A stretch of DNA of 61,597 nucleotides, filler included, from Nemertoderma westbladi (GCA_032718475.1; 2 parts of 2 records of this genome joined end to end with filler, not necessarily neighbours in it), one strand, 5' to 3'. Shown: positions 37,934 to 50,710, counted from the whole stretch's first letter. Program-made: numbers and translations. The notes: a model not told the origin generated them from the sequence alone.

Positions 37934-39747
37934 TTAGTTTGTTTGAAGGGTTTGTTTGGTTTGGTTGTCAGAAGGTTTGTTAGTTAGTTAAACAATGTAA
38001 ACAACAAATAACATTAATCATTACGGAAAAAGATAGAAAATAATGGAACATAAGTTTCTGAAACAGCAATAAGAATAACTATTTCAAAGATTATTGATAT
38101 TTATTTACCTGAGAACCAAGGAAATCGATCGTAGTTCAAGCACATGATAAGGTTCTACTTACTTTATCATATCGGCCTGTTGTTTCTCCACATACTCCAG
38201 CAGTTCAGCTCGCGTTTCATTATCCCATATAAGGTAAGGATTCTCTGTGTTGCTGTTCAACAGTTTCAGTATATCCATGCTGCTCACCGTCGTGTTGGTC
38301 ATCTGTTTGCAGACGAACCGCGTGAGTAACGCATTGAGACTCTTACAGACAGTCGCGTTCTCCGGAGTCGCGGTCCCGTTGTTGTCGTGGTAACCAGCCA
38401 ACCGGGACAGCGCGCGGATACTGAGTTTAGCGAGTTGATTCGCCACTTCCTGCTGGTTGGACTCGGCGCTCCTCTCCACGCCGCCCTCCTCCAGGGTGTA
38501 ATCGTAGTTGAAGAGGAAGAGGAGGATATGCCAGATGATTCCGGCGAGGAACAGATGGTTCTGGAGGTAGTAGTCGACGGAGAGTGCGGAAGCGCAACGG
38601 ACGACTTCGCAACAGACGTTGGAGAGATTCCGGAAGTAGAGGATCCGACAGAGATCGCGAATAATCACGGGGAGTTCAACGATGCGTTCTCGACACGGCC
38701 CGAATTGCGCCGCCACGGTGTAGCACTGCGCCACATGGAAGCAGACGAGAGCCGGAGTATCGGAACCTCGACTCGATAAGCCGAGCACGTCGACGCATCG
38801 AGCCAACGCCCGCTGCAACGTCTCCACTCCGCACTCGCGTCGCATCTCTTCCGCGTTCAGCGCCGAACAGTCGACCGTGTGGTAGGCGAGCTGCACCGCC
38901 GCGGGGAGAATGTCCACCGGTTTGTTGAATAAACAATCGTCTTTGGTTTCCGAGTCGATGGTGGTGATTAACATTGGGTAACCCGCGTACTTATACGGGG
39001 AAAGAACCTCCGAACATCGGGTAAATAAGATACTCTGAGAGCGAAGTAACAGTTTAATATTCTCCGGTTTCGGTCCGATATTCCGCGAGCTGGCTTTACT
39101 GCAGAGGAAGTCGTAGGCTTTATTGACCGCTTCGAAAATCTCCCGCCCTTCAGGGTTCTTGTCGGGATGGTATTTCTGCGCCATACGGAAGTATGCGTGA
39201 CGTAATTCGTTGTCGGGGTAACCCCCGGGTTTGGGGGTCAGGTTGAGCGCGGCGTGCGCTTCGTCCCAGCTAAGCGACGGGGGTTTCCTGTCTACCTCCT
39301 CCCGCCACGCCTCCAGGATGTCCTTGAGCAGACGAACCGGCTCCTCCAGCGGCCAGTCCGGGAACCGAGTCTCGTCGCACAGATGCCGCATATAGTAGAT
39401 GTTGACGAACAACTTGTCCTCCAGCTGGGGGTAGCTCACCGCCGGGATCGGGCAGAACTGGTACACCGATTGGCTGTTGCTCAGCAACCGGGGCGTGAAG
39501 TCTGCGATGTAGGTGGCTATCTTCTCGATCATCAACCTCCGCATCTCCGCGCTCCAGATCGCCTCGGGGGTGTCGAACTCCCCGAGGAACATTCCCGCGA
39601 AGCGTTCCGCCCCGTGGTTGACCAGGTAGTAGACCATGGCCTCGGGGAGGATGGAACCCAGCACGGAACGGCCGTCGGTGGGGTCCTCGGAGCGGAACGC
39701 TTGCACCGAGTGGGAGCGCTGGAGGAACCGGGCGATCGGCAGCCGAT
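37917..39747 (-). pseudogene. DNAJC13: Inserted DNAJC13/RME-8 fragment: coding 39747-38163 (includes the J-domain) plus intron start 38162-37917
   Basis: [71 protein letters not shown]; ends AA|GTAAGT; flanked by GGAAAGCGC at 37908-37916 and 39748-39756. Confidence 0.95.
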
Positions 39748-41057
39748 GGAAAGCGCCAACTTCCAATATAGGAATCCGAGAATTTCCTGTAGTCCAGTTA
39801 CGGGTCCACGGACCTCAGAAGAGCTATATAGTGAACGCCCTCCTGGACTCCGGTAGCACAGGAACATTCATCGATAAAGAACTAGCCGAAGTCATCTTTG
39901 CTGGACAACCCAAGTTCCGAACCAAGCTAAACATGTCAGGGATCATGCATGTTTGGAATTCTACTGTAGCTGCCGACTATTATATAGGTGAGTTGTTCAC
40001 TCCACAGGATAAACTAGGAGAATACAGTATAAGGTCAGTCAAAATGGTGGCAATAAAGAACTTCGCTACCACCCAAGTGGAACCTTATAATTGGGACGAA
40101 GATGATCATGCCCAACAACTTAACATCCCTAGATTCGACACCGATTATCCTGGAGTACAAATATTAATCGGTCAAAACGCGCATGAGGCGCTGGAGACAT
40201 TAGAGAAACGACCTGCTCAACCGCAACCACTTCAGACCTATGCGGTAAGAACTAGAGTAGGTTGGTACCTTACTGGACCTTCCCGAAGAACGCTCAGAGA
40301 AAGACTGCTTCAAGATCGTGTCTGCCAGGTGAGTGAATGGGAAGACGATACTAGTGAGGGAGACGACCCAACTGAGGGAACACCATACTCCTCAGATAAT
40401 GATGATATTAGCTCCACTGTAGATCAATGGAGATATTGCCCCAAGAAGTTTAATCCAACTGACATCGCTTCCAGAGGAGCAACTCCTCAAGAACTGACAG
40501 ATACTACAGACCGGTTAGGTGAACCCGACTTCCTGAGTAAGGAGGATGAATGGCCTCCCCATCTTACTCCGACTGAGATTAGACCAGCCAAGGGAGCGGA
40601 GAAAGTCAAACCTAAAACCCGGACGGGTGGAGCAGAGTTATTTGAACCCGGGATAGATCTGTCGGTATTACATATTGCCAGGGACGACGCCGTGGATCTG
40701 GACCTCCCCACCGCGAGTGGATCCTTCATGAAGATCAGAGGGAGCGATTGGAGCTCTGGAACATCAGACGTCTCGCAGGGACTCTTACCTCTCCTGCAGG
40801 GAGCGACGGACCACTATAGCTCCTGGAATCGGCTTTGTAACGCCGTCATATACTTTGAGCGATGTTTCTATCGTCACTATTCCAGGACGAAGAGGAAACC
40901 TGGAATTGTATTCGGGATGCAGCGACTCAATCACCCAGTCGGTCGTTTGTGTTTACCGGAAGGGAATGGAGGACTCTCCGGAAACTGTGGAAGGCAAGAT
41001 TCTCTTCCCACGACCACCTCCCTAATCCTTCAAACATCTAGGGACTCCATAATGTAA
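39748..41057 (+). CDS. BEL aspartic protease fused to the RNase H C-terminal remnant (RT deleted, no integrase)
   Basis: [26 protein letters not shown], then [25 protein letters not shown] and YSSWNRL; no RT or integrase motifs seen. Confidence 0.88.
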
Positions 41058-41576
41058 CAACATATGGAGTGGGTGAGTGACTCTATTATTTTATATTATT
41101 TTATTATTTTTATATTTCTGTATGTATTACTATGTAATTTTATCTTAATCGTTTTATTTAATTTTATTTAGTAACATGTTATTTTAGCGAGCATTTAGTA
41201 GGTTAATGCAATATATTCGCATTTATTACGTAATTACTTATATTATATATTTAGTGCGACGGCGAGAAATAATTCTTTTTCTCCTTCCTTACTGCCCGTA
41301 TTACATTATAAATACGAGACTACAGTAAGATGAAAGGTCCATACTTATTAAAGTACAATAAAGCCACTACTATATTTAAGTATTATTGGTAGGCAGAGTA
41401 TTAGGAATGCAAAGTTCAGATCCTCGTGTCTCGGCTAAACCAAGCTCTGGGTAGACCTTGGAAACGACTTGCCTCTTCACACTGACATTGCTTCGTGCGA
41501 TATTGCTCTCATACCGTATATTAAATAATACATATAGTAGCGTGATGTCCCTTTAACAGTAGCGTATAACGCAAAA

Positions 41577-41885
41577 TAAATCTGTTAAACCTTTTGACCA
41601 TCTGTAATTCTAGTCGATTAAGATATCACGGCACCCACCGATATACTTGAAAGACAAATTCTAGAATCAGTGGTTAACGTCCCCAGACAAGTTCTGGAAT
41701 AAATCGGTGCCCATCTCAAATATTAATTATTTAATATTTGCAAATCTAATAAGTCAAAATCTGTAAAATTCAGATCCTTCAACAATTCTAGTCAATTAAG
41801 ATATCGTAGCATTTACCGATATTCTTAAAAGGACAATTTTCATAGAATTAAGGATCTTGTGTCCCCAGACATGTTCTAGAATCAA
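41577..41885. repeat. Diverged tandem duplication, period about 180 bp
   Basis: aattctagtc.attaagatatc..accgatat..gtccccagaca.gttct occurs twice. Confidence 0.7.
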
Positions 41886-43187
41886 AATATGTCAATTTAA
41901 TTATCAAATAATAAAATTTCAGGGAATAAATTTAAATTCATGCCTTTAATGAATTTAATAAATTGCCATTTTTACGCAATTTATAGCATTCCCAAAATTC
42001 CATTAATTAATAGATCAAGGGAGCGGAGATTTATCTTATTATGCGTATGAGTGTGCGAAAGTCTCCCAAACATAGTCAATAGCCGATAAAATTCATAAAG
42101 TCATGTATAAAACAGGACATTGACCATTAAAGAATTACTATTAAATAACATCCCAGATCTGTATGCATTGGAATTACCCTAATTCTACCGCTAGCTTTGC
42201 ATAATGTCACCATAGCAACAACCACGCTAGAATTAGAATTGAGTTAAAAGAACAATAGAAAGCTTGTCCCATTGAATAGCATAGGAAATAAATAGCGCAC
42301 TGCTAGTATCCAAGGATACATAATAATACAGTGACATTCTGGAAGGCATTGACTAACGGACAAATGGCCCGAGTGTGTGTAATTTGTGACAAGTTGTGTG
42401 TGTGGTATTTGTGAGTTTATAGGCGAATGTTACTACTAAGGTGTGTTTACAGTAGCGAGTCGCAATTGTGAAAGTAACCCTAACTCTCCAGTAAGAACCT
42501 GAGGTGTATCTAAGCCTTTGGGACGGACAGTCGAGTGACTTGTACCGGTTGTCGTTGTGCGGCTACGTCGTTGGCGAAAGTACAGCGGCGACGACACATC
42601 GGTGCTGAGGATCTCGCACTGTCCGGGGGCTGATTGGGGTAGGCAGCGACGCTCGCTAGCCTAAATATAAACTCATTATAATATGGATAAACTCATATAT
42701 AGCAGATATGACGGAGTTGATAGAAGATGGTCTTGGTATCGGGGAGCGATATACTCTACTTTCAAACGTTTGTTGATAGCTTGATACGCGGTGATATTAG
42801 TCCAACTACTACGAAGGATGATGGTCGTTATATCGAACCTACGATTTCCTGGAAGTAACTTACGCGTGAATTGGACTATGGAAAATTCACCGCTCGCTAC
42901 ACGCATTGTAATGGTATGTATATGGACTTCTTAACCATTGACCATTCTATCGATTTACACGATACGGACTATGTCGAACATATCCTACCCAGAGGAGTCG
43001 AAACGATAAACCAAAATTCTAATGCGAAAATCCTATTCGAAACAAACTCGAAAGAGAAGACGTTGAAGAACCTGATAAACGTAACGGTTTCAACGATTAT
43101 CTAGAATTCCTAAGAGAGACCTATCTCAATGTTGCCAGTCAACAAAATCTCGAAACTCGATATCCTCAAGGTATACATCCAGATCCT

Positions 43188-43763
43188 ATGATGGAACTCA
43201 AACGGCTCTATTTTACGATGATGTATCTTACCGCCGATCAACCGCTACCTGTCGTTCCAGATAGCTTCGAACAGATGGAGGAATATTGTAAAACTGGAGA
43301 GCGATCACCCGCGTTTCCCCTTCAAGACGTGCGTCTTTGGTATTACTGTGACGAATGCCCCAGACCTAACCAGCAAATCGAAAGGCATAAACATCCGCGG
43401 AGACGTTGCGCTAAACACAGTTTTACGCGATATACTTATGGGAGTTTCGAGCGAAACCTTTTCGACGTATCACCTACGGTCGCGCGCCTTAAGCGATCAT
43501 TGAATAAACCCATGATCAGAGTTCCGGAATACTCGGTCAGACCTCCTCATTCCCAAGTGATACCTCAAACTCTCGATCCTAATAGTAGTACGGATCCTCC
43601 CGAGCTGTACTTACCGTTCAGAGATCCAGTGTTACCCGAACCGTTAGTCGGTGGCACTCAGGTTGTGGGCTCCCTAAATATCCGCCCATCTTACCTGGCC
43701 GGATTGGGGCACGGGCACCCGATATCGCCATTCAATCGTATAATCGGAATCATTCCCGTTTAA
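43188..43763 (+). CDS. Unknown 3' accessory ORF of the LTR element (Cys/His-rich), probably part of a longer decayed ORF
   Basis: 191 aa from the ATG, frame open further upstream; CDEC..H.H...C..H; no recognised family. Confidence 0.4.
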   Translation: MMELKRLYFTMMYLTADQPLPVVPDSFEQMEEYCKTGERSPAFPLQDVRLWYYCDECPRPNQQIERHKHPRRRCAKHSFTRYTYGSFERNLFDVSPTVARLKRSLNKPMIRVPEYSVRPPHSQVIPQTLDPNSSTDPPELYLPFRDPVLPEPLVGGTQVVGSLNIRPSYLAGLGHGHPISPFNRIIGIIPV

Positions 43764-44286
43764 CACGATACCACCTGTCATCAAGGTGGAGGAGAGCGTT
43801 GTACGAAAAGAGATAGACGCTATTCTACAAAGATCAGAAAAGAAATCTACGTTTGCTCAGATAAACCTAAATTATAACAGCAAGTCCAAGCGGTAAACGG
43901 ATTGGCTTTATCCCAGTTCGATTGGGAAATCCATAGTCTCTAAGACGATATTGAACTTGGACGACCCTATTCTCGGCGAGAGTTTTAGACGAACGTATCC
44001 AACGATGAGCGGAGGAAAATCAGCTCGAGGAGAAACATATTGAAACGGCGGATACCCCGACTATAATCCCACACCTTCTGATGCAATCATATTGCACCCT
44101 TCACCCAGGAGTTATAGCCCTCCTTGTAAAGTGGCTCGCCCCAAAGAGAAAAAGACTCTTGTTAGCTTTAAAAAACTGCGTAAACGCCGTCTGCGCAAGA
44201 AAGACTAACTGTTTAGAGTATTCTCGTATTTTAGAAACTGTGATTTTGTATATTTTATAGACTTAAATCCCATTTTCTGGGAGCGG

Positions 44287-45490
44287 TGTAAAAGCTTTTG
44301 TGGGATAACTGATTCGTTTGCTTTGCTAACCAGTTCCCCCCAAGGCGCTGGAATACTCAAAAAGGGATCTCTAGCTCGAATAGTGCAAGCTACCGGCTGA
44401 TTGGCTGATTTGCTGTACGAAGGGATCTGGGCTATGTTCGATCGTCCAACCAGCTTGGGAAGGTTGCCCCATAGCCCTGCTTTCTGTATCTGCCAATAGG
44501 ATTTGAGTTGGTTTTGATTTTGACCTATCACAGATCTACTGAACTGAATTTCCTATCTGTATGCTCATTCTCTGTGGTGGGTGAGATCTTTGTAGAATAA
44601 GGGTAGCTGGTATTCTTATAGTTATTCTTATCAGTATTCAGTGTTGGTTATTCTAAGCCAGGAAGAACGGCTTTGGAGTATTTTTGTGCTTTTCTGCTTT
44701 AGCCTTACACTAGTAGGCTTAATTATAAGGACATATATCCGTTATCTGCATACCGCAGTACTGCATACTGCAGTACTGCATACACTGCATACTGTGTAAC
44801 ACTGTGCATACTTTATATTGTTATACTGCTATTTACTGTCAGTTCTTCATAATATGGTTGATGAATTATTATATTTGGAATAACGATAAATAACCCCGAA
44901 AACCCAATATTCTTGATATACCGAAGGTAAGAGAGAAGGGTTACATATAACGATTGTGACTTATGTTAAAGTGGTTTGAAGTGAATCTAATGTTATTTGA
45001 TAGACCCTACATGAGTCGGTCTGTGTTCCTTTTATATGTGACTAAAATCAGTGGAGATCGGCAGATTATTGTGCAGTATTGTGCAGCATTGTGTATGAGT
45101 GAGACTGATAACGAAGCATTTCCTAAAGAATGCGCCATATATGTGAATTATAACTAAGCCATATCGTTGTGAGTAGTTTAAGTCATAACTCTGTTTATAT
45201 AGATAGAGCGCCACGTCCTAAAGGAACTGTTAATATTCCCCGAAGGTGAATGATATTGTCAGAGATTGTATAATACTGTCAGTCGAATAATACAGTAAGG
45301 CTTACATAGCAATACGATTAAGCCATCGAACCCAATCTCCCGGGTATATCCAGCGGGTGAATGATCGCGCACAGATTGGTTTCGACTAGTGTAGTGAATC
45401 AAATACTTGTCAGAGGCTAAAAGTGATTTATTATATAGAAGACATCCTAATTTGGCGGGTTGAACTGCCAAAGGTCTGAAAGCGCGAACA
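44287..45490 (+). repeat. 3' LTR (1204 bp)
   Basis: By eye it differs from the 5' LTR at about three sites (two substitutions, one 1-bp indel). Confidence 0.96.
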
Positions 45491-45790
45491 CGTCGCCAGT
45501 CGACACAAACCCCATTGGTGAAAGTAAAAATTTAAATTTACCATAGGGAGTAATGAAAGTTGTCAAAGTTTGAGAATCAACATGTAGTGGCATTTGCCAA
45601 TATCCGCTGACGAAATCGTGTTTAGCAAAATAACAATCGGTTTGTTTAAAACCACCTACTGCTTCTGCTGGTGTTTTAGTTGGGTATGAAGTGCGCTCAA
45701 CTTGGGTGTTTAATTTTGTAAGATCGATACAAATTCTTATCTCCCCCCCTGGTTTTGGAACCACAACTAGTGGGTGGCTCACTGGTTGAA
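45491..45790 (-). pseudogene. Gypsy reverse transcriptase fragment (target of the BEL insertion)
   Basis: HPLVVVPKPGGEIRICIDLTKLN..DFVSGYWQMPL..LTTFITPYGKFKFLLSPMG. Confidence 0.9.
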
Positions 45791-46285
45791 TAATTTATTT
45801 GTCTACCATCTCGTCCAATATAGTTTTCACTTATCTTGTAAAGCATATGGTATGCTGCGTCGGGGGCGTGGACTTTCGACGCAATCAAAACTCCTATGTC
45901 TCCAAGCGGCCAGGGGAAAGTCGACGCAAATAACGCCTGATTACTCCCAAAAATAACAGTGTAACCGGATTTATTACGACAGAAAAAATTATTGCGACAA
46001 AGTACCGTATACCCCGTGTTTTCAGAATTAACTGATTTCTGGGATTGAAATCCCCCTTACAGCTGTCACACTTCTTTGCCTTTGATTCCTTGGCGCAAAT
46101 GATTTCTACTTGTTCGTCAACTTCAATTGATGACTGATTAAGGTTCGATTGTAATGTTCTGGAAATACCTTGGTCCGGTATGTTATCGGCAACTAGTACT
46201 TGACATGACACACACACTGCACTACTGCACACGGCTGTACATACACTGTACTGCTGTATGCAGACAGGTACGTACTAAAAGGTAG

Positions 46286-46390
46286 AACGATCTATAACGG
46301 GCTATAACGATCTATAACGGGCTATAACGATCTATAACGGGCTATAACTTCCTTATAACAAGCTATAACCACCTATATCGAGCTATAATC
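46286..46390. repeat. 10/20-bp tandem repeat
   Basis: ctataacggg/ctataacgat alternation. Confidence 0.85.
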
Positions 46391-46849
46391 TGAAAATTTA
46401 CAATAAAAAAACATATTTTAGAATGGATTTATTTTCCTAGTCAGTAATTTAATTATGCAATTTTGTTTTTTAGTTCATAATGCTTCTCATCTTTGTGGTA
46501 TCACGAAATCAGTCATTACTGCATCAGTCAGCATGCCACTACTGCATTATCTGACTAGACTACAGGACTATCAGACAGTGCAGAAGTGGAGAGGTCTCCC
46601 ATCTCTGTACTCTCATCTATCTGTACAATATATCAAAGAGTCTGCCTGTGCGTTGCCAACACTACAGCACAGCTGATCAATAACCAGTATTTTCATGTAT
46701 TTGTAGGCCTAACTTCTCCTGTTCTCTGCTTGTTGCGCCATATCGGCGCTACAGAAATGGAATGCCATAGAACGCAACAAATGTACAAGCCAATGGAATT
46801 AGAGTGGAATGTATAAACCAATCTTAGGTTGTTGCGCTGTTGGGCCAAT

Positions 46850-47462
46850 GTGGGGCGAGACACGTAGTCGGCGAGCCTTGGCATACGGTTCATATAGGGC
46901 AAATGGGGCATGTCCGTCTGTCTGTCTGTCCGTCCGTCTGGTAAATGTTTGAACGCGAATTTCTCGGCATCGCGCTTTCGGAATTGAACCAAACTTAGTA
47001 GGTAAGTAGTAGAGAGAAAGTTTAGAAAGTTTGTAAAGTTTGGTGAAAAATCATGCAGTCTGACGTCAGCTACGACAGATTATGTGGTTTTTAGAAAATG
47101 TTAAATTTCTCGAGAAGGCCTCATTTTCCTGAGCTGAAATTTTGGTGGCCTGTAGAGAATCATGAAGTCTATCTTTTACGAAATTGAAAAGTTAAGACAT
47201 TTAATTGGGGATCCGCTAGAGACTCAGAAGTAATGACATAGGCCTACCGGTACGGTACTGCTGTACAGTGCTGCACTGGTAAGTACGAAATTGCAGAATA
47301 ACAATTTGACACCACCTAGCGGATTAACATATGATTGTATATCGAATGAATACATTTATAGCATGGGATATTGGGTCCAAACTAGACATGCCCCATTTGC
47401 TCTATATGAACCGTATGCCAAGGCTTGCCGACTACGTGCTGCGCGAAGTCCCCACGAACGTG
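46850..47462. mobile_element. Non-autonomous element with 54-bp inverted repeats and a (GTCY)n tract, DINE-1/HINE-like
   Basis: Inverted repeats at 46861-46914 and 47385-47438; ends gtggggcgag.cacg and gctgcgcgaag.cccacgaacgtg shared with 53466-54100. Confidence 0.65.
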
Positions 47463-48643
47463 TTGTTCATTGGTTATAGGGCTGTTGTGCTGTTGCGCCG
47501 TTGCGTGCACTGTAAAAAATGATTCAGTGAACTACCTTACCTTAGTTAATGCCACATAAATTGGCCGTATTCTATATGGTAAATCACCTTAACATAATCA
47601 CGAATAAATTTCACCGTATGATTAAGTTAAGTTTTCATAAACAACATTAGGTGTTTCGCCATAATTATTTTATGGCCTGTGGCTTTATGACATCTTGTAT
47701 ATTTTCACCAGAAATTGCAAATTTTTGACCATAAATTATTTAAGGGAAATCCTAATTAACCGAAATATGATTAAATTGGAGGCAGATTTGAATTCCGGCG
47801 GTCGGTCACATTGTAGACATTTTATTTCAGTACGGTACATTACTGCATTCTCTGTTATTATAACTGTTGCAGTTTGCAGTGCAGCTGTCTGGCTGTACCG
47901 GTAGCTACTATGCAGTACAGCAGTAGGCCTAATAGAAAAATATCTTAATCTGTCGTCTGTACAGCTGCACTGCTGTAGGCATACCTACAATAATTATAGA
48001 AACTACTGCTGGCGCAGGACAGGAGTAGGCTTCTACTGTTCTACAGTTGTACCGGTCACTGGCTGACCGGTAGCTGCTATTACAGTATTACTAGCTAATG
48101 CTGTAATGTCTGATTGTCTGAACCTACAGCGCTACAGCATACAGACAGACAGATGACATATTTATTCAGACAGTGCAGCAATGTAACGGTCAGCGGGCTA
48201 CTGGTCAGTAGGACTACTGCAACCAGCCAGCCAGCAGAGCAGAGAGCAGACCGGTAGTGTGGTAAGGTACCGGAACCGGTCTGCCGGTACCCTGGGCAAT
48301 GGGTACCGTAGAACGGAGCTACTTTGATACCCTGGGGTTACTTTGATTTCACTGGGGCTTCTTTGATATTTGACACAAATACTGTACCTTAATGATAAGA
48401 TAAACAGCACTCCAGTACAGAACCGGCTGACCGGTAGTGGTAGGCCTACAGTCAACAATATAATATATTTCTACCATATATCATTACACCTAAACAACCT
48501 TACAGCCTTAATTTAGTATCGGTACTTTCTTGTACTGTTATAGATATAGGCCTATCTGCCTATTCTATGTACAAAATACTGAAATATAATAGAATATAAT
48601 ATAATGCAATTCGCTGAGTTAAAGAACATGGAGAAAGTATTAA

Positions 48644-49580
48644 ATGCAGAAATGTGTAAGTAAAAAGCTGAAAATACCCTATGGGACACTGTGGAATAGA
48701 ATTAATAAGCACCATGAGGGATTGGCTGGTCATCCTACAGCAATGACTAATGAAGTGGAAGTGAAAGTTGTACAGGCCATAAATATCTTAGCTCGTTGGA
48801 GAAAACCAATTGAAGGGATTGAAGTCTGTATGATGGTCCAAAACATGCTAAATATTGCAGGGAAAGTAGTGAAAGAATTTAACTCAGCAAGGACTCAAGC
48901 AGGACCCGAGACAAACCTTCCAGGACGCGATTGGCTTGAAATGTTCCTTGTTAGACACAAGCTAACCAAACGCATCGCAGACAATGTTACTCCCGCAAGG
49001 GCAGAGGTTGGCGAGAAGCAACTTAATGCCTTCTTTAACAATTACGAAGCTGAAGTAACAGATGTGATTCCACCATCTAACATTTTCAATTTTGATGAAA
49101 CCAATGTGAGCAACCAGCCCAGCAGCCTGGGGACAAAAGGGTTATCTGCAAGCGTGGTTTGAAACGTGTGGAGCGTATTATCTCAAAATCAAAACAGGTG
49201 GTCTCTCTTATGTTCAGTGGGTAATTTATTGCCTCTTATGGTGATATATAAAGCTGGAAGATACGATCCGGAATGGGGAATAGGGGGGCCATCCGGCACA
49301 ATTTACGATGCAACAGAATCAGGATGGTTCGATGGTTTCGATGTACTTCGAGGTATTTCTATCAGCTGCCAATAAACTGAATGTGAAAAAATTCTTATTG
49401 GTGATAATCTGTCTAGCCACCTCTCTATTAAAGTTGTTCTTAGCTACAAATCAAATAATATTAGTTATATTCCTCTTGTTCCTAATGCCACTCACATACT
49501 ACAACCCTTGGATGTGGCCTTTTTCAGACCTCTGAAGACAGCTTGGCGGGCAATACTAACCAAGTGGCGTATTGAATCTG
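48644..49580 (+). pseudogene. Frameshifted pogo/Tigger-type (CENP-B/DDE_1) transposase
   Basis: IPYGTLWNRI HTH, PGRDWLEMFLVRH, IFNFDET, GDNLSSH, PNATHILQPLDVAFFRPLK; a likely left end TA|CCGTA with gctactttgat repeats at 48304-48370. Confidence 0.88.
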
Positions 49581-50710
49581 TGAAACCTTTGACTACGTTA
49601 TTTTATTTACTTTAGGCCTTATTTATACTTTTAATTTCGTTTTCCCAAATGGTTTTTTTTTTAGTTTGTTGCAAGTTTGATAACTGGCCATAAAGTAATA
49701 AAAAACTCTCAGGCTGGGCGAATTAAGAACAATGTTTTTCAATATTAGTCATGAAATAACAATGTTTTGCAATATTTGTTAACACGTTATTTGTCATGTT
49801 ATTGTTTACTATGTTATTTGTCAATTTGTGTAACAATGAATTGCAATATTAGTTTATTTAGTTTTAAAAAAAGTTTTCCATATTTCATCTAGAACAGATT
49901 TATATCAAGATTCCAAATTTGAAAACGGTTTAGCAAGATCTGTCATACTTCTCGAAATGGTTCTCTATCCGATGGACTGTCGGTCTGCCCGTCAATAAAA
50001 AGAATACTATCTGTCTAAAAAAATTCCTATATGGGTTTTCTTGGTCGGTGACTTCATTTCTGATGTCAGTATTCAAATTTGGCCTTGTCGTTTCTGTTTG
50101 TATGTCTGTCCGTCAAAATATAACAGACAGCCAAACAGACAACTTGGAAATCATCAAACGATAAAACTGACAATAGAAATGAATTCTGCGAACAGGAAAA
50201 CCCCTATAACTAAACTTTGACCTCGATGGTGTGACCTTCATATTCGACGGATAGATTGTCGGATAGTCCGAAAGACCGACAGAGAGACATACAGAAAAAC
50301 TAGATTTCACTAAAAGTGAAAACTGACCTCGAAATGAAATCAGTGACCAGGAATACCCCCATAGCAAAAATCATAGCATGTACATGGTGAATCACCAGAT
50401 ATAAACGTATTTTAGCCATAACATGTTCCATGGTGAACTAAAGACAGCAGGGTCAATTTCACCATAATTATTTTATGGCGAACCAGGAAATCCACAGATT
50501 TTCGCCATAACTTTATTATAGAGGTTTACCGCCTATATTATAGCAGAGCAGCTCCTATTTTGCCGTAAATATTTTATGGTGAATCACAAGAAATAAACCA
50601 GCTTTTGCCATATATTATTTATGGCCTTTGCATTAATTTGTTTAATACCTTTTACCATAAATGAGGTGCAGCAGGGCTATACGCGACCTTTTTATGGTGA
50701 AAAGGCTATT

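Larger units (their letters stand above)
31298..45490 (+). mobile_element. Non-autonomous BEL/Pao LTR retrotransposon (Gag + protease) carrying a DNAJC13 copy
   Basis: TG..CA LTRs, CGTCG TSD at 31293-31297 and 45491-45495, BEL gag and protease motifs, short purine tract gggagcgg before the 3' LTR. Confidence 0.95.

Noticed and set aside
37917-39747. Pack-MULE or native-gene interpretation of the DNAJC13 segment
   Set aside because: A 9-bp TSD would fit Mutator, but the insert ends are not inverted repeats. It has no splice acceptor or genuine start, and it interrupts a restorable retroelement ORF.
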